A DNA stretch of 64,000 bases from Calditrichales bacterium (GTDB lineage Bacteria; Calditrichota; Calditrichia; Calditrichales; J004): the NCBI GenBank assembly GCA_965267575.1, contig OZ254086.1:576001-640000 (forward strand), in the 5' to 3' direction. The position numbers and the translations under genes are program-made. Below are positions 49,649 to 63,668 of the stretch, piece by piece (the first letter of the stretch is position 1; the number at the start of each line of letters is the position of its first letter). The notes below the pieces were generated by a model. That model was not told the DNA's origin. It worked only from the letters and a program-made list of their open reading frames with translations, and did no database searches.

Positions 49649-50274
49649 TAGCTCAACACCTCTTTGATTTTCGCGAGAGCACCTTCCTGGATAACCAGCA
49701 TTTGAGCGCTTATCACATCATAGCTGGAAAACGCTATGTTTTCTTTTACATTAACCCGATACATATTATGGGCCGCTTTAAATACATTGGGCGCATAATC
49801 TGCCGTAATCAGGAGCACCTTTTGTCCATCAAGCTTCAATCCGCCGATAAAATCTTTCATCAGACGGGTTTTTGGTTCATCGTAATTAAAATCTTCAACA
49901 ACGATCAGCTGCTGGTTTTTAGCCTTATCCGCCAAAACAGAACGGCGGGCTACTTTTTTCAATTTACGATTCACTTTTTGCGTATAGTCGCGTGGCTCCG
50001 GCCCGAATACGCGTCCGCCGCCAACATGATGAGGCGCGCGAATGGTTCCCTGACGGGCACGGCCGGTTCCTTTCTGACGAAAAGGCTTGCGCCCGCCGCC
50101 CGAAACATAAGAGCGTCCTTTGGTGGCATGTGTACCCTGGCGACGATTGGCCATCAAGGCTTTCACGTCCAGCCAAACGGCGTGTTCGTTTATTTCAGAC
50201 TCAAATATGCCCTTGTCCAAAGTGACGGATTTGCTAGTCTTCTTTCCGTCTTTGGAAAAAACTGGTAAGTTCAT
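49648..50274 (-). CDS. rplD: 50S ribosomal protein L4
   Basis: RQGTH.TK.R..VSGGGRKP.RQKGTGRARQG. Confidence 0.98.
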   Translation of the reverse strand: MNLPVFSKDGKKTSKSVTLDKGIFESEINEHAVWLDVKALMANRRQGTHATKGRSYVSGGGRKPFRQKGTGRARQGTIRAPHHVGGGRVFGPEPRDYTQKVNRKLKKVARRSVLADKAKNQQLIVVEDFNYDEPKTRLMKDFIGGLKLDGQKVLLITADYAPNVFKAAHNMYRVNVKENIAFSSYDVISAQMLVIQEGALAKIKEVLS

Positions 50275-50298
50275 TGTACCGATTCCAAGTCAAACAGA

Positions 50299-50916
50299 TT
50301 AGTTCTTGATTTCCAATAAAGAATTCTTGGCGCCCGGAACAGAGCCTTTGAGGAAAAGCAGGTTGTTCTCTGGGTCTACCTTCACTACTAAAACTTTTTT
50401 AAGTGTAACACGGCTGTTTCCCATCCGGCCGGCCATCTTGATGCCCTTGAAAACCCTGGACGGGTAGGAGCTTTGGCCCAATGAGCCGGGTGCACGCAAG
50501 CGGTCTGACTGACCATGCGTTTTGGGACCGCCTCTGAAAGAGTGCCTTTTTACAACACCCTGAAAGCCTTTACCTTTGCTCGTTCCGGATACCGTTACTT
50601 CTTCACCAACCCTGAAGCGATCAACTTTGATTTCCGCTCCCGGCTTTAACTCATTCTGGTCTGAAAAAGTGAACTCCCGGATAAAACGTTTCACATCAAC
50701 GCCTGCTTTGGCAAAGTGTCCTTTGGCAGGTTTGTTCTGCCGGGATTCTTTCACATCCTGAAAAGCAATCTGTACGCTGTTGTAACCCTCTTTTTCACTG
50801 GTCTTAACCTGGGTTACAAAGCAAGGTCCCGCTTCAACAACCGTTACCGGAATGACTTCACCCGTTTCGGTAAAGTATTGCGTCATCCCTTTTTTTATTC
50901 CTAAAATGCCTTGCAT
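50299..50916 (-). CDS. rplC: 50S ribosomal protein L3
   Basis: [28 protein letters not shown]. Confidence 0.98.
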   Translation of the reverse strand: MQGILGIKKGMTQYFTETGEVIPVTVVEAGPCFVTQVKTSEKEGYNSVQIAFQDVKESRQNKPAKGHFAKAGVDVKRFIREFTFSDQNELKPGAEIKVDRFRVGEEVTVSGTSKGKGFQGVVKRHSFRGGPKTHGQSDRLRAPGSLGQSSYPSRVFKGIKMAGRMGNSRVTLKKVLVVKVDPENNLLFLKGSVPGAKNSLLEIKN

Positions 50917-50941
50917 TATACCAACTCCGGAAACTGTTTAA

Positions 50942-51250
50942 TCAGGTTTTAATTTCTATGTCAACGCCAGCCGGTAATTCCAGCTTCATCAGCGCGTCTA
51001 CAGTTTTACCGGTGGCATTCAGAATATCAATAAGTCTCTTGTGGATACGCGTCTCAAACTGCTCGCGTGATTTTTTGTCCACATGCGGGGAACGCAGCAC
51101 CGTATATACACTACGATCGGTCGGCAGCGGTATGGGGCCCGAAATTACAGCGCCCGTAGAGCGTGCCGTGCGAATGATTTTGTCAGTCGATTTATCAATC
51201 AGACTGTGGTCGTATGCCTTCAGCCGAATACGAATATTCTGATTGGCCAC
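50942..51250 (-). CDS. rpsJ: 30S ribosomal protein S10
   Basis: [31 protein letters not shown]. Confidence 0.98.
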   Translation of the reverse strand: MANQNIRIRLKAYDHSLIDKSTDKIIRTARSTGAVISGPIPLPTDRSVYTVLRSPHVDKKSREQFETRIHKRLIDILNATGKTVDALMKLELPAGVDIEIKT

Positions 51251-51270
51251 TTTAATATTCCCCTGTTCTG

Positions 51271-52461
51271 TTATTCAATAATTTCCGCAACAACACCGGC
51301 GCCAACGGTACGGCCGCCTTCACGGATGGCGAAGCGCAGCTCTTTCTCCATGGCGATCTCTTTGATCAGCTCTACTTCTACCGAGATATTGTCGCCCGGC
51401 ATAACCATCTCTACCCCGTCAGGCAGCTTGATGGAACCCGTCACGTCCGTCGTACGGAAGTAGAACTGCGGACGGTAACCGTCAAAGAACGGTGTGTGAC
51501 GTCCACCTTCATCCTTGGTCAATACGTATACTTCACCCTTAAATTTGGTGTGCGGCGTAATTGAACCCGGCTTGGCCAATACCTGACCGCGCTCCAGGTC
51601 TTCCTTGTTTACACCACGCAGAAGAAGACCTACGTTGTCGCCTGCTTCACCGCGGTCCAGGAGCTTGCGGAACATCTCAACACCGGTAACAACCGTCTTG
51701 CGCTTGGCGCCAAGACCAACCAGCTCAACTTCTTCTCCAACCGCTACAACACCACGCTCGATACGGCCCGTGGCTACTGTACCACGACCGGTGATCGAAA
51801 AGACGTCTTCAACAGGCATCAGAAACGGCTTGTCTACGTCACGCTCGGGTGTCGGAATGTAATCATCAACGGCATCCATCAGCTCCAGGATCGGCTTGAT
51901 CGCCGTCTCGTCGTTGGGATCGTTCAACGCGTTAAGCGCGCTGCCCTTGACGATCGGAATGTCATCACCCGGAAATTCGTAGCTGCTCAGAAGCTCGCGG
52001 ATCTCAAGCTCTACAAGCTCCAGCAGTTCCGGGTCATCAACCTGGTCTACTTTGTTCAGAAATACCACGATGTAAGGTACGTTTACCTGGCGCGCCAGAA
52101 GAATGTGCTCGCGCGTCTGCGGCATCGGGCCGTCGGCGGCGCTTACAACCAGTATCGCGCCGTCCATTTGCGCCGCACCGGTGATCATGTTCTTTACATA
52201 GTCGGCGTGCCCCGGACAGTCCACGTGCGCATAGTGACGCTTCTGCGTCGTGTATTCCACGTGCGCCGTGGCGATGGTTATACCGCGCTCGCGCTCTTCA
52301 GGAGCGTTATCGATACTGTCAAAATCACGCTTCTCACTCAAACCCTGGTTGGCAAGCACCTGTGTGATCGCTGCCGTAAGGGTCGTCTTGCCATGGTCTA
52401 CGTGACCAATTGTGCCTACGTTTACGTGGGGCTTACTTCTGTCAAATTTCTGTTTAGCCAT
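51271..52461 (-). CDS. tuf: Elongation factor Tu
   Basis: [40 protein letters not shown]. Confidence 0.99.
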   Translation of the reverse strand: MAKQKFDRSKPHVNVGTIGHVDHGKTTLTAAITQVLANQGLSEKRDFDSIDNAPEERERGITIATAHVEYTTQKRHYAHVDCPGHADYVKNMITGAAQMDGAILVVSAADGPMPQTREHILLARQVNVPYIVVFLNKVDQVDDPELLELVELEIRELLSSYEFPGDDIPIVKGSALNALNDPNDETAIKPILELMDAVDDYIPTPERDVDKPFLMPVEDVFSITGRGTVATGRIERGVVAVGEEVELVGLGAKRKTVVTGVEMFRKLLDRGEAGDNVGLLLRGVNKEDLERGQVLAKPGSITPHTKFKGEVYVLTKDEGGRHTPFFDGYRPQFYFRTTDVTGSIKLPDGVEMVMPGDNISVEVELIKEIAMEKELRFAIREGGRTVGAGVVAEIIE

Positions 52462-52484
52462 TGTCCAACTCCTTTAGAATCGAG

Positions 52485-54569
52485 TTATTTATCTCCGCTT
52501 TGCGACTTTTCAATAATTTCCTTGGCGACACTTTCAGGTACTTTCTCGTAGTGTGAGAATTGCATGGAGTATATCGCCCTTCCCTGACTGACCGAACGAA
52601 GCGTTGTCGCATAACCAAACATTTCACTTAACGGCACATGCCCGCTTATAACCTGGGCATCCTTCCGTGGCAGGATACCGGAAATTTTTCCACGACGACT
52701 ATTTAAATCGCCTATTACGTCGCCCATATATTCTTCCGGAACCACAACTTCAATCGAAAAAATGGGTTCCAGAATCACTGCACCTGCTTTTTTCGCGGCA
52801 TTTTGCAAAGCCATCGAACCGGCAACTTTAAAAGCCATTTCCGATGAATCCACATCATGATAAGAGCCGTCGAACAGGCGCACTTTAATGTCTTCCAGAG
52901 GATAGCCGGCAATAACACCATTCTTCATTGCCTGAACCATACCCTCTTTTACCGGATTTATAAATTCTTTGGGTATAGTACCACCCACAATGTTATCTAC
53001 AAATTCAAAGCCTTTGCCGGGTTCGTTAGGCTCAACTTCAACCACAACATGACCATATTGGCCGCGGCCACCGGACTGACGAACAAATTTGCCTTCTGCT
53101 TCAACTTTTTTGGTCAATGTTTCCTTGTAAGCAACCTGCGGTTTACCCACGTTGGCATCGACTTTAAATTCGCGTTTTAAGCGATCAACGATAATCTCCA
53201 GGTGCAACTCACCCATACCGGAAATGATTGTCTGCCCGGTCTCTTCATCGGTACGTACACGGAAAGTAGGATCTTCATCACCCAGCTTCATCAGCGACTG
53301 GCTCAGTTTATCCTGATCCGCCTTCGTTTTTGGCTCAACCGCCACGTGTATAACCGGCTCGGGAAATTTCATCGACTCCAGAACAACCTGGTTCGACTCA
53401 TCGCACAATGTATCGCCGGTGCGTGTATCCTTTAAGCCAACTATCGCCGCAATGTCGCCCGTGGAAATAAAATCCAGGTCCTCGCGGTGGTTGGCGTGCA
53501 TTTGCAGCAGCCGGCCAACGCGTTCCTTTTTACCGGAGATTGTATTATATGTGTATGATCCTTTGTTCAATTTTCCGGAATAAACACGGGCAAAGGTTAA
53601 ACGACCAACATACGGGTCCACCATCACTTTAAATGCCAGTGCCGAGAAAGGCTCCTCATCGGTGGGACGGCGTATAATTTCTTTTTCATTATGCGGATGA
53701 ATACCTTTTACGACACCCACATCGGACGGGGCCGGCAGATATTCTACAACCGCGTCAAGCAATCTTTGAACGCCCTTGTTTTTAAAGGCAGAACCGCACA
53801 ACACGGGAGTGATTTTAAGGTCTAATGTCGCTTTTCTTACAGCGGCTCGAACCTGTGCTTCATCAATGTCTTCGCCTTCAAGATATTTAACCATCAGGTC
53901 TTCATCATAGTCAGCGATCGCTTCCAGCATGTGCGTACGATACTCTTCGGCTTTCGGCATCAAATCAGTGGGGATTTCGCCTTCTTCGAAAAGAGCACCC
54001 AGAGTGCTGTCGTTATACATCACAGCCTTCATGGAAATCAAGTCAATCAAGCCTGTAAACAACTCACCATCACCAATCGGAATTTGCAGCGGCACGGGCG
54101 TCGCACCAAGACGCTCTTTGATCATATTAAGAACGTTGTAAAAATCAGCTCCAACACGATCCATTTTATTAACAAACGCGATACGCGGAACTTTGTATTT
54201 GTCTGCCTGGCGCCAAACGGTTTCAGACTGCGGCTCTACACCGCCAACCGCGCAGAAAAGAGCAACGGCACCGTCAAGAACGCGCAGAGATCTTTCAACC
54301 TCAACTGTAAAGTCCACGTGGCCGGGTGTATCGATTATATTGATCGTATGCTTCCGCCACTCACAGGTGGTGGCCGCCGATGTAATCGTAATACCCCGTT
54401 CCTTCTCCTGTTCCATCCAGTCCATCGTGGCAGCACCCTCATGAACTTCGCCCATGCGGTGCAGACGACCGGTGTAAAAGAGTATCCTTTCCGTCGTTGT
54501 TGTTTTTCCGGCATCAATATGCGCCATGATGCCTATGTTTCTAATTTTTTCTAGAACTTTCTTAGCCAT
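52485..54569 (-). CDS. fusA: Elongation factor G
   Basis: [42 protein letters not shown]. Confidence 0.99.
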   Translation of the reverse strand: MAKKVLEKIRNIGIMAHIDAGKTTTTERILFYTGRLHRMGEVHEGAATMDWMEQEKERGITITSAATTCEWRKHTINIIDTPGHVDFTVEVERSLRVLDGAVALFCAVGGVEPQSETVWRQADKYKVPRIAFVNKMDRVGADFYNVLNMIKERLGATPVPLQIPIGDGELFTGLIDLISMKAVMYNDSTLGALFEEGEIPTDLMPKAEEYRTHMLEAIADYDEDLMVKYLEGEDIDEAQVRAAVRKATLDLKITPVLCGSAFKNKGVQRLLDAVVEYLPAPSDVGVVKGIHPHNEKEIIRRPTDEEPFSALAFKVMVDPYVGRLTFARVYSGKLNKGSYTYNTISGKKERVGRLLQMHANHREDLDFISTGDIAAIVGLKDTRTGDTLCDESNQVVLESMKFPEPVIHVAVEPKTKADQDKLSQSLMKLGDEDPTFRVRTDEETGQTIISGMGELHLEIIVDRLKREFKVDANVGKPQVAYKETLTKKVEAEGKFVRQSGGRGQYGHVVVEVEPNEPGKGFEFVDNIVGGTIPKEFINPVKEGMVQAMKNGVIAGYPLEDIKVRLFDGSYHDVDSSEMAFKVAGSMALQNAAKKAGAVILEPIFSIEVVVPEEYMGDVIGDLNSRRGKISGILPRKDAQVISGHVPLSEMFGYATTLRSVSQGRAIYSMQFSHYEKVPESVAKEIIEKSQSGDK

Positions 54570-54587
54570 TTATAAAAATCAACCTTT

Positions 54588-55058
54588 TTACCACCTAAAA
54601 TGCGCGAAAGCTTTGTTGGCTTCAGCCATCTTATGCGTGTCTTCTTTTTTCCTCACGGCAGAGCCTTCACTTTTGAAAGCCTGCATTAATTCTCCGGCCA
54701 GCTTCTCCGCCATGGTTTTTTCGGAACGCAGCCGCGAATAACGTACCAGCCAGCGAATCGCCAATGCCTGGCGGCGACTGTCACGCACCTCAACAGGCAC
54801 CTGATATGTAGCACCACCAACCCGGCGCGACTTTACTTCCAGAAGCGGCGCCACGTTATCCATCGCCTTTTTAAAAACATCAAGCGGATTCTGCTTCAAA
54901 CGGCTTTCAATAATGTCCATCGCATCATAAAAGCTCGTTTCTGCGGTGCTTTTTTTTCCGCTGTACATCATACCGTTGATGAATTTGGCGACAACCTTGT
55001 TTTTATATTTAGGGTCAGGCAAAATATCGCGTTTTTGCGGCCTTCTTCTTCTTGGCAT
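54588..55058 (-). CDS. rpsG: 30S ribosomal protein S7
   Basis: [23 protein letters not shown]. Confidence 0.98.
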   Translation of the reverse strand: MPRRRRPQKRDILPDPKYKNKVVAKFINGMMYSGKKSTAETSFYDAMDIIESRLKQNPLDVFKKAMDNVAPLLEVKSRRVGGATYQVPVEVRDSRRQALAIRWLVRYSRLRSEKTMAEKLAGELMQAFKSEGSAVRKKEDTHKMAEANKAFAHFRW

Positions 55059-55085
55059 TTTAACCTATCTCCAATTCAATATTGC

Positions 55086-55460
55086 TTAAGCTTTAGGCTT
55101 TTTTGTTCCGTACTTTGAACGGCCCTGCTTACGATCTTCAACACCGGTTGTGTCCAGCGTACCACGAACAATATGGTAACGTACACCCGGCAAATCTTTA
55201 ACACGGCCACCGCGGATCAGAACGATCGAGTGTTCCTGCAGATTATGTCCCTCTCCGGGAATGTAAGCAGTTACTTCAATCGCGTTAGTAAGACGAACAC
55301 GAGCCACTTTACGCAGCGCCGAGTTCGGCTTTTTTGGTGTAGTTGTATAAACCCGCGTACATACTCCGCGCTTCTGGGGGCAACTGCCCAACGCCGGAGC
55401 TTTGTTCTTTTTCAGTACTTCTTTTCTGCCTTTGCGGATCAACTGATTAATCGTCGGCAA
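55086..55460 (-). CDS. rpsL: 30S ribosomal protein S12
   Basis: TTG start 55460 (MPTINQL) after [27 protein letters not shown]. Confidence 0.98.
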   Translation of the reverse strand: MPTINQLIRKGRKEVLKKNKAPALGSCPQKRGVCTRVYTTTPKKPNSALRKVARVRLTNAIEVTAYIPGEGHNLQEHSIVLIRGGRVKDLPGVRYHIVRGTLDTTGVEDRKQGRSKYGTKKPKA

Positions 55461-55523
55461 TGTCAACCTCCAAAAAGTTGCAGACTGATAATTTAAGGAA
55501 TAAAACCTGGCAACACAACCGAT

Positions 55524-58500
55524 TTATTCGCTTTTTTCGGCTTCTTCTTTTTCCGTAAGCGCTTCGTCTGTTTCGTTGTCAAGTACTTCTGTTTCGCTCT
55601 CGTCAACCTCTACCTCCATCCGCATGTAGTCATAGCGGGTTAAGCCGGTTCCGGCAGGTATCAGGTGACCCATGATTACGTTTTCTTTCAAGCCAACCAG
55701 CTCGTCTTCTTTTCCGGCTGCAGCGGCGTCGGTAAGTACTTGTGTTGTCTCCTGGAACGATGCCGCAGAGATAAAGCTCTTGGTCGTAAGAGCAGCCTGC
55801 GTGATACCCAGCAGCAACGGTACAAAACTCGCCGGCTTGGCCGGACGATATTTGGCCGCTTCTTTCTTGTTTTTCTTGAGATCGCGGTTAATCGCGTCTA
55901 CGGATTTCTTATCCGAAATCTGTCCTTCACGGAACAACGAATCGCCCGGATCCTCAATAACGATCTTGTTGGCGATACGGTTATTCTCTTCAAAGAAATC
56001 ACCGCGGTAAACCTGATCGCCATCCAGGAAGCGCGTGTCTCCGGATTCACGGACGCGGACTTTCTGCAGCATCTGGCGTACAATGATTCCAATGTGCTTA
56101 TCATTGATCTTCACACCCTGCAGACGGTAGACTTCCTGTATTTCGTTCACCAGGTACTCCTGAACTTTACCCGGTCCTTTGATGGACAGGATATCATCCG
56201 GGGAGATGGCGCCGTCGGTCAAACGCTCGCCCGCTTCAACGAAATCGTTTTCGTGAACCAGAATATGCGTACCGTGCGGAACGGAATAGCTCTTCTTTTC
56301 CAGCTCGGATTCGACGATCAGCTCGCGGACACCTCGCTTGATTGAACCGAATTTCACGTAGCCGTCTATTTCGCTAACGATGGCACGCTGCTTGGGCTGA
56401 CGCGCTTCAAAAAGCTCCGCCACCCGCGGCAAACCACCGGTGATGTCACGTGTTTTACCGATCTCACGCGGAATCTTGACGAGGATTTCACCGCCAAAAA
56501 CTTCCTGGTTATGTGCAACCTGCAGAAACGCTTTTACCGGTATAATGAATTGGGCAATTTTTTCGCCCTTGTCATTAATAATGTGGATCTGCGGGTTGAG
56601 GTTTTTATTCTTGGACTCGATGACAACGCGTTGCTTCCGCCCGGTCTGCTCATCCAGCTCCTCGCGGTAGGTATGGTTTTCAATAAGATCTTTAAATTCA
56701 ACCACACCGGCCTTGTCGGCCACAATAACCGAAGAGTAGGGGTCCCAGTCGAAAAGCACGTCGGCTTTTTCCACATCCTGGCCATCTTCCGTGCGCATAA
56801 TGGCGCCGTAAGGCACATTGTAGGTGGCAATAGCGCGATTGTCTTCATCAAGAATCTCAATTTTGCCGTTTCTTCCAACAGCGATAACCTCACCGGCCTT
56901 GTTGGCTACGGTTTTCATATTCTGAAAACGCACCTTACCACTGGCCTTGGTTATCACGTTCGATTCCGCGGCCACACGGGCTGCCGTACCACCAATGTGG
57001 AACGTACGCAAAGTAAGCTGAGTACCGGGCTCGCCGATACTTTGGGCGGCCATTACGCCAACCGCTTCACCCACTTCGACCACCTGGCCCGAAGCAAGAT
57101 TGCGTCCATAGCACATGGCGCAAATACCCTGCTTGGTTTCACAGGTAAGCTCCGTACGTACACGCACGGTGTTAAGCAGAGAGCCGTGTATAATCTGGGC
57201 GATACGCTCATCAATCACTTCGTTACGCTTGCAGATCACTTCATCCGTTTCCGGATCGATAATATCTACAGCGGCCACGCGGCCCAGAACACGCTCGGCC
57301 AAAGGTTCGATCACCTCTTCGCCTTCTTTCAGGTCAAAGATATCTTGCCCAAGAATCGTACCGCAGTCATGTTCCGTTACGATCACATCCTGGGCAACAT
57401 CAACCAGGCGGCGGGTAAGGTAACCGGCGTCGGCTGTTTTAAGCGCCGTATCCGCAAGACCCTTACGGGCGCCGTGCGTGGAAATAAAGTATTCGATCAC
57501 CGACAGACCTTCGATAAAGTTGGCCGTAATCGGGTTCTCGATGATTTCCCCGGTTTGTCCGGTAAGTGATTTTTGCGGCTTGGCCATAAGACCCCGCATA
57601 CCAGCCAGCTGACGAATCTGCTCCTTGCTGCCCCGCGCGCCGGAATCAGACATCATGTAGAGAGGATTGAATCCGTGACGCTCCGTGCGCAGTTTCTGGA
57701 ACATGGTCTCGGCAACGATCGATGTGGTACGCGTCCAGACGTCGATGATTTTGTTGTAGCGCTCGCCGTCCGTAATAAAGCCCATTTCGTATTGTTGGAT
57801 AATCTCTTCCACTTCTTCCTGGGCCTCACGCACAAATTCATGTTTTTCATCGGGAATGATAACATCCACCAGACCGATGGACGAACCGGAACGCATGGCG
57901 TATTCGAAGCCAAGGTTTTTAAGGTCATCCAGGAAAATGGCCGTAGCTTTGTTACCGCAAACCCGGTATGTCTCGGAGATGATATTAGTCAGACTGCGCT
58001 TGGAGAGCAGCTCGTTGATAAAGCCCAATTCATCCGGAACAATTTTGTTAAAAACAACCCGTCCGGTGGTCGTTTCCAGCATTTTGCCTTCAATGCGCAC
58101 TTTTATTTTGGAGTGAAGGCCAACTTTACCGGCGTCAAATGCAACGATCACCTCTTTGGTGTCGGAGAAGGTCATGCCTTCGCCAATACCACCGGGTCTC
58201 ATTTTTGTCAGATAGTAGCATCCCAGCACGATGTCCTGGCTCGGAACGGTAATTGGTTTACCATTGGCCGGAGACAGAATGTTGTGGCTGGAAAGCATAA
58301 GCATCTTGGTTTCAACCTGCGCTTCGTAGGAGAGCGGAATATGCACAGCCATCTGGTCACCGTCGAAGTCGGCGTTAAAAGCCGCGCAAACGAGCGGATG
58401 GATGCGAATAGCTTTTCCTTCAATCAGCACGGGCTGAAAGGCCTGAATACCAAGCCTGTGCAGCGTAGGTGCGCGGTTCAGCAATACCGGATGATCTTCG

Positions 58501-59777
58501 ATGATCTCTTCCAGGATATCCCAAACCTCCGGTCCGCGTCTTTCAACCAGTTTCTTGGCGCTTTTTACTGTTTTGACGTAACGGCGCTCCACCAATTTTC
58601 GGATGATGAACGGTTTGAACAGTTCAATCGCCATATCTTTTGGCAGACCGCATTCGTGCAGGTTAAGCTCCGGTCCAACAACAATAACCGAACGGCCGGA
58701 GTAGTCAACACGCTTCCCAAGCAGGTTTTGGCGGAAACGCCCCTGCTTGCCTTTCAGCATATCGGACAGGGATTTCAACGGCCTGTCACCATCGGAACGC
58801 ATGGCCGCGGCGCGCTTGGAGTTATCAAACAGCGAGTCAACCGATTCCTGCAGCATACGCTTTTCGTTACGCAGAATCACTTCCGGAGCTTTGATTTCCA
58901 GAAGCTTTTTCAGACGATTGTTACGAATAATAACACGGCGGTACAGGTCGTTAAGGTCGCTTGTGGCGAAACGCCCGCCTTCCAGAGGCACCAACGGACG
59001 CAACTCCGGCGGAATAACCGGGATAACATCCAGGATCATCCATTCGGGACGGTTGCGGTATTCCGTATTCTTTTCCTTCACACGGAAAGCTTCTACCACC
59101 TTAAGCCGCTTGAGGGCTTCCATACGTTTCTGCTCGGACGTTTCCGTCTTCACCGCTTTGCGCAGCTGGATAGCCATGTCTTCAATATCAAGCATACGCA
59201 ACAGGTGATGAATACCTTCACCACCAATTTTTGCGATGAATTTTTCCGGATTGTCGTCAGCCAGCTCGTCGTTGGCTTCACCGTGGGCATCAAGCTGATT
59301 GAAGTATTCCTCTTCGTTGATCAGCTCCTTGAACTTAAGGTCGCTTTTGCCCGGGTTAACAACCACATAGCTTTCATAATAGATGATGCGTTCCAGATCC
59401 TTTGGCGAAATATCCAGAAGATAGCCGATCTTGGAAGGCAGCGATCTGAAAAACCAGATGTGTACGACAGGAACTGCCAGGGAAATATGCCCCATACGTT
59501 CACGGCGGACGGCCTTTTGCGTTACCTCCACACCGCAGCGGTCACAAATAATTCCCTTGTAGCGAATACGCTTGTATTTGCCACAATGGCATTCCCAGTC
59601 CTTAACGGGACCAAATATTTTTTCACAGAAAAGACCATCTTTTTCCGGCTTGAACGACCGGTAATTGATCGTTTCCGGCTTGGTCACTTCGCCAAAGGAT
59701 TGCTCCAGAATATCGTTAGGCGAAGAAAGACCAATGATAATCTTACTGAATTTGTTGGGGCTTCTTTTTATTTGCAA
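55524..59777 (-). CDS. rpoC: RNA polymerase subunit beta'
   Basis: [51 protein letters not shown]. Confidence 0.99.
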   Translation of the reverse strand: MQIKRSPNKFSKIIIGLSSPNDILEQSFGEVTKPETINYRSFKPEKDGLFCEKIFGPVKDWECHCGKYKRIRYKGIICDRCGVEVTQKAVRRERMGHISLAVPVVHIWFFRSLPSKIGYLLDISPKDLERIIYYESYVVVNPGKSDLKFKELINEEEYFNQLDAHGEANDELADDNPEKFIAKIGGEGIHHLLRMLDIEDMAIQLRKAVKTETSEQKRMEALKRLKVVEAFRVKEKNTEYRNRPEWMILDVIPVIPPELRPLVPLEGGRFATSDLNDLYRRVIIRNNRLKKLLEIKAPEVILRNEKRMLQESVDSLFDNSKRAAAMRSDGDRPLKSLSDMLKGKQGRFRQNLLGKRVDYSGRSVIVVGPELNLHECGLPKDMAIELFKPFIIRKLVERRYVKTVKSAKKLVERRGPEVWDILEEIIEDHPVLLNRAPTLHRLGIQAFQPVLIEGKAIRIHPLVCAAFNADFDGDQMAVHIPLSYEAQVETKMLMLSSHNILSPANGKPITVPSQDIVLGCYYLTKMRPGGIGEGMTFSDTKEVIVAFDAGKVGLHSKIKVRIEGKMLETTTGRVVFNKIVPDELGFINELLSKRSLTNIISETYRVCGNKATAIFLDDLKNLGFEYAMRSGSSIGLVDVIIPDEKHEFVREAQEEVEEIIQQYEMGFITDGERYNKIIDVWTRTTSIVAETMFQKLRTERHGFNPLYMMSDSGARGSKEQIRQLAGMRGLMAKPQKSLTGQTGEIIENPITANFIEGLSVIEYFISTHGARKGLADTALKTADAGYLTRRLVDVAQDVIVTEHDCGTILGQDIFDLKEGEEVIEPLAERVLGRVAAVDIIDPETDEVICKRNEVIDERIAQIIHGSLLNTVRVRTELTCETKQGICAMCYGRNLASGQVVEVGEAVGVMAAQSIGEPGTQLTLRTFHIGGTAARVAAESNVITKASGKVRFQNMKTVANKAGEVIAVGRNGKIEILDEDNRAIATYNVPYGAIMRTEDGQDVEKADVLFDWDPYSSVIVADKAGVVEFKDLIENHTYREELDEQTGRKQRVVIESKNKNLNPQIHIINDKGEKIAQFIIPVKAFLQVAHNQEVFGGEILVKIPREIGKTRDITGGLPRVAELFEARQPKQRAIVSEIDGYVKFGSIKRGVRELIVESELEKKSYSVPHGTHILVHENDFVEAGERLTDGAISPDDILSIKGPGKVQEYLVNEIQEVYRLQGVKINDKHIGIIVRQMLQKVRVRESGDTRFLDGDQVYRGDFFEENNRIANKIVIEDPGDSLFREGQISDKKSVDAINRDLKKNKKEAAKYRPAKPASFVPLLLGITQAALTTKSFISAASFQETTQVLTDAAAAGKEDELVGLKENVIMGHLIPAGTGLTRYDYMRMEVEVDESETEVLDNETDEALTEKEEAEKSE

Positions 59778-59829
59778 AGCTCACGCTCCTTTATTGCAAT
59801 CGTTTAAGTGAGAAACCATCCGGATACAA

Positions 59830-62800
59830 CTATTCAAGGCGTACCTTCAGGCCCAGACCCTGAAGTTCGCGCACCAGAACGTTAAACGATTCCGGCGTGC
59901 CCGGGTCAGGCAGGTTTTCGCCTTTTACGATGGCTTCGTAGGTCTTGGACCGGCCCGTCACATCGTCGCTTTTCACCGTGAGGATTTCCTGCAACGTGTA
60001 GGCGGCGCCGTAGGCTTCCAATGCCCATACTTCCATCTCACCAAAACGCTGGCCACCAAACTGTGCTTTACCGCCCAGTGGCTGCTGAGTAATCAGTGAG
60101 TAAGGCCCGATGGACCTTGCGTGGATCTTATCATCCACAAGGTGGGACAACTTTAACATATATATAATGCCCACCGTTACTTCCTGGTCAAAGCGGTCTC
60201 CGGTGCGTCCGTCAAACAGGTGCACTTTGCCGCTTTCCGGAAGCTTGGCATCCTTAAGCTCATTGAGGAGATCATCCATCCGGGCGCCGTCGAAAACCGG
60301 CGTCGAGTATTTCTTGCCCAGCCTGAAACCGGCCCAGCCAAGGGTCGTCTCAAAAATCTGGCCAAGGTTCATACGCGAGGGCACACCGAGCGGGTTAAGC
60401 ACGATGTCTACCGGCGTTCCGTCGTCCAGAAAGGGCATATCTTCCATCGGAACAACTTTGGATACCACACCTTTGTTGCCGTGACGTCCGGCCATTTTAT
60501 CACCAACAGCCAGTTTACGTTTTTCGGCGATGTATACTTTAGCCAGCTGCACGATGCCCGGAGGCAGTTCGTCACCAACCAGTATCTTATGCTTTTCTCG
60601 CTTCAGATCATTTTCGATATCGAGCATAACCTGGCGATAATCGGCATAAAGCTGCCGTACAAAGGTGTTTTTTGGATCGTCTTTAAACCACGTGGAATTG
60701 ATATCCAGATTCTGGACATCCACCGCGGCAAACGTATCCTCTTTTATTTTCGTTCCCGCTTTGATGGCTGCTTTGCCATCTACGGTTTTAATCGCTTCGG
60801 AACTCATACCTTTGAAATGCTCGGAGAGATTGACAGCCAGGTTTTTCACAACCGACTTGCGCTTCTTCTCTGCTTCCATATCCAGCTTTTCAACGAGTTC
60901 CTTGTCTTCTTTTTTCGTGGTCGGATCTTTTTTCTTACGCGAGAACAACCGCGTCGCCACAACCACACCCTTCATTCCGGGAGGGGCTTTCAGCGAGGCG
61001 TCTTTTACATCACCCGCCTTGGATCCGAAAATAGCCTTGAGAAGTTTCTCTTCCGGCGTCGGATCGGTTTCGCCCTTTGGCGTCACTTTACCGATAATAA
61101 TATCGCCGGCATTAACTTCCGCACCTACACGAATAATTCCGTTTTCATCAAGGTTCTTTGTTGCTTCTTCGCTGACGTTGGGGATTTCCCGGGTCAGCTC
61201 TTCTTCACCGCGCTTGGTATCGCGAACCTGCAGCTCAAATTCTTCGATGTGTATCGACGTATAAACGTCATCACGCACAACGCGCTCACTTACAATGATC
61301 GCGTCTTCGAAGTTGTACCCGTGCCAGGGCATAAAAGCTACAAGCACGTTATTGCCCAGCGCCAGCTCGCCATTGTCCGTGGCGCAGCCGTCTGCAAGGA
61401 TAGCGCCTTTTTTAACCTTCTGACCCTTGGTTACCAGGGGACGCTGGTTAATACAGGTATCCTGATTGGTGCGCTGGAATTTCTGCAGCTCATAGACGAT
61501 TTGCGTGTTTTCATCCAGCAGACGCTCTTTTCCGGCGCTGGCTTTGATGGGATTATCCAGCGTCAGGATGATTTTGTTGGCATCCACATAGGAGATGGTG
61601 CCGTCAAATTCGGCAAGGATCAGTGTTCCGGAGTCCAGGGCAACGCGCTCTTCCATGCCGGTTCCCACAATCGGGGAATCCGGAATCAACAGCGGCACAG
61701 CCTGGCGCTGCATGTTAGATCCCATCAACGCGCGGTTTGCATCATCGTGCTCCAGGAAGGGAATCAGCGAAGCGGCCGGAGAAACGATCTGGTTCGTGGC
61801 CACATCCATATAATCCACTTCTTCAGGCCCGACAACCGGGAAATCTCCCTTAAAGCGCGCCTTAACGCGGTCATTAACGAATTTACCTTTTTTGTCCAGC
61901 GGTGCGTTAACCTGGGCGATCGTGTAATCGTCTTCTTCCGTAGCGGAAAGGTAGACGATCTCATCCGAGGCCACGCCATCTTTTACTTTGCGGTAAGGCG
62001 TTTCAATAAAACCGAAACGGTTGATCGTTCCATGCACACACATGGAGGAAATCAGACCGATGTTCGGACCTTCCGGTGTTTCAATCGGACAAAGACGGCC
62101 ATAATGTGTGTAATGCACGTCGCGCACCTCAAAGCCGGCACGTTCACGCGTTAAACCGCCCGGACCAAGGGCCGAGAGACGGCGTTTGTGCGTTAGCTCC
62201 GCAAGCGGATTTGTTTGATCCATAAACTGCGAAAGCTGGGACGTACCGAAAAAGGTGTTAATCACGGAGGAAATGGTACGCGCATTTACGAGGTCCTGTG
62301 GCGTCAGCTTGTCGGAATCACCGATATTCATGCGCTCTTTGATCGTACGCGCCATCCGCGAAAGACCGAGACTGAATTGCGCCGCAAGCTGTTCGCCCAC
62401 TGTCCGCACGCGGCGGTTACCAAGGTGGTCAATATCATCCGTCGTCTTGGTGCCGTTGCGCAGTTCCAGCAGGTAATTAATGATCGCCGTAATGTCATCG
62501 CGCGTAAGCACCGTGGTATCGTAGGGGATGTCCAGGTGCAGTTTTTTATTGATCCTGTAACGGCCAACAGCGCCCATGTCATAGCGCTTTTCATTAAAAA
62601 ACATCCGTTCGATCAATGCCCGTGCCGTATCAATATCTGGTGGCTCGCCCGAGCGCAACTGCCTGTAAATGGCCTCTATCGATTCAACATCGTTATTGGT
62701 CGGATCCTTACGCAGCGTATTCAGAACAACATTCGGTGCGTTGGCGTCACCCGGCGGAACGATGCGGATTTTCTTGATGCCCAGCTCGATACACTGGTTG

Positions 62801-63606
62801 AACAATTCTTCCGTTACATCTTTGCCCTGCTCGGCGATCACCTCACCGGTCTGCGTATCTACAATATCCGAAGCAAGCATCTGGCCGATAAGGGACGGCA
62901 TGTTTTTCGGCTTGATCTCAACGTCTTTGCCAATGCCGAACAGATCGATAATCTCTTCATTGGAGGAAAAACCGATAGCCCTTAACAACATGGTTACCGG
63001 AAATTTCTTCTTGCGGTCTATGTACACGAACATCACGTCGTTCACATCGGTGGTAAACTCCACCCAGGAACCGCGGAAAGGTATAATCCGCGCCGAGAAA
63101 AGCTGCGTGCCGTTGGGGTGCAGCGATTCGGAGAAAAATACCCCCGGCGAACGATGCAGCTGCGATACGATAACGCGTTCGGCACCATTGATAATAAATG
63201 TACCCCGGCTGGTCATATAGGGCATATTGCCGAGGTAAACATCCTGTTCGATAAACTCCGTAAAGTTATCTGTTTCGCCCGTAGAGTCTTTGATAGCCAG
63301 ACGCATCTTAGCCTTAATTGGCACGGCATAACTTACACCGCGCTCCTGGCACTCGCGTACGCTGTATTTTGGCTTATCAATAAAATACTCTACAAACTGT
63401 AACTCAAAATTCCCGGCACTGTCCGTGATGGGAAAAATGGTATTGAAAACAGCTTGTAAACCCTCACTCTTTCTTTTGTCGCCTTCCTCACGCGCCTGGA
63501 TGAAGCTCTCAAAAGAGCGCGTCTGCATCTCAAGCAGGCTTGGATACTCCTTGGCCGGGGGAATGCGCATAAAAGAGTGTCTTTGGGTAAGTGCTTTGCT
63601 TTTCAA
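59830..63606 (-). CDS. rpoB: RNA polymerase subunit beta
   Basis: [46 protein letters not shown]. Confidence 0.99.
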   Translation of the reverse strand: MKSKALTQRHSFMRIPPAKEYPSLLEMQTRSFESFIQAREEGDKRKSEGLQAVFNTIFPITDSAGNFELQFVEYFIDKPKYSVRECQERGVSYAVPIKAKMRLAIKDSTGETDNFTEFIEQDVYLGNMPYMTSRGTFIINGAERVIVSQLHRSPGVFFSESLHPNGTQLFSARIIPFRGSWVEFTTDVNDVMFVYIDRKKKFPVTMLLRAIGFSSNEEIIDLFGIGKDVEIKPKNMPSLIGQMLASDIVDTQTGEVIAEQGKDVTEELFNQCIELGIKKIRIVPPGDANAPNVVLNTLRKDPTNNDVESIEAIYRQLRSGEPPDIDTARALIERMFFNEKRYDMGAVGRYRINKKLHLDIPYDTTVLTRDDITAIINYLLELRNGTKTTDDIDHLGNRRVRTVGEQLAAQFSLGLSRMARTIKERMNIGDSDKLTPQDLVNARTISSVINTFFGTSQLSQFMDQTNPLAELTHKRRLSALGPGGLTRERAGFEVRDVHYTHYGRLCPIETPEGPNIGLISSMCVHGTINRFGFIETPYRKVKDGVASDEIVYLSATEEDDYTIAQVNAPLDKKGKFVNDRVKARFKGDFPVVGPEEVDYMDVATNQIVSPAASLIPFLEHDDANRALMGSNMQRQAVPLLIPDSPIVGTGMEERVALDSGTLILAEFDGTISYVDANKIILTLDNPIKASAGKERLLDENTQIVYELQKFQRTNQDTCINQRPLVTKGQKVKKGAILADGCATDNGELALGNNVLVAFMPWHGYNFEDAIIVSERVVRDDVYTSIHIEEFELQVRDTKRGEEELTREIPNVSEEATKNLDENGIIRVGAEVNAGDIIIGKVTPKGETDPTPEEKLLKAIFGSKAGDVKDASLKAPPGMKGVVVATRLFSRKKKDPTTKKEDKELVEKLDMEAEKKRKSVVKNLAVNLSEHFKGMSSEAIKTVDGKAAIKAGTKIKEDTFAAVDVQNLDINSTWFKDDPKNTFVRQLYADYRQVMLDIENDLKREKHKILVGDELPPGIVQLAKVYIAEKRKLAVGDKMAGRHGNKGVVSKVVPMEDMPFLDDGTPVDIVLNPLGVPSRMNLGQIFETTLGWAGFRLGKKYSTPVFDGARMDDLLNELKDAKLPESGKVHLFDGRTGDRFDQEVTVGIIYMLKLSHLVDDKIHARSIGPYSLITQQPLGGKAQFGGQRFGEMEVWALEAYGAAYTLQEILTVKSDDVTGRSKTYEAIVKGENLPDPGTPESFNVLVRELQGLGLKVRLE

Positions 63607-63668
63607 AAAAATACCCCGTTTTTTGGTTAAACGTGTTGACTTGCGCTAAAAAGCGCAGAAGCGCCGAA

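Noticed and set aside
57573..62154. Long antisense ORFs of 744 aa and 644 aa over rpoC and rpoB
   Set aside because: In-register antisense frames are expected from codon bias (few TTA/CTA/TCA codons) in highly expressed genes; no domain signal.
55086..62260. Resistance-type substitutions in RpsL or the RpoB rifampicin cluster
   Set aside because: PKKPNS, RVKDLPG and [22 protein letters not shown] are all the usual susceptible-type sequences.
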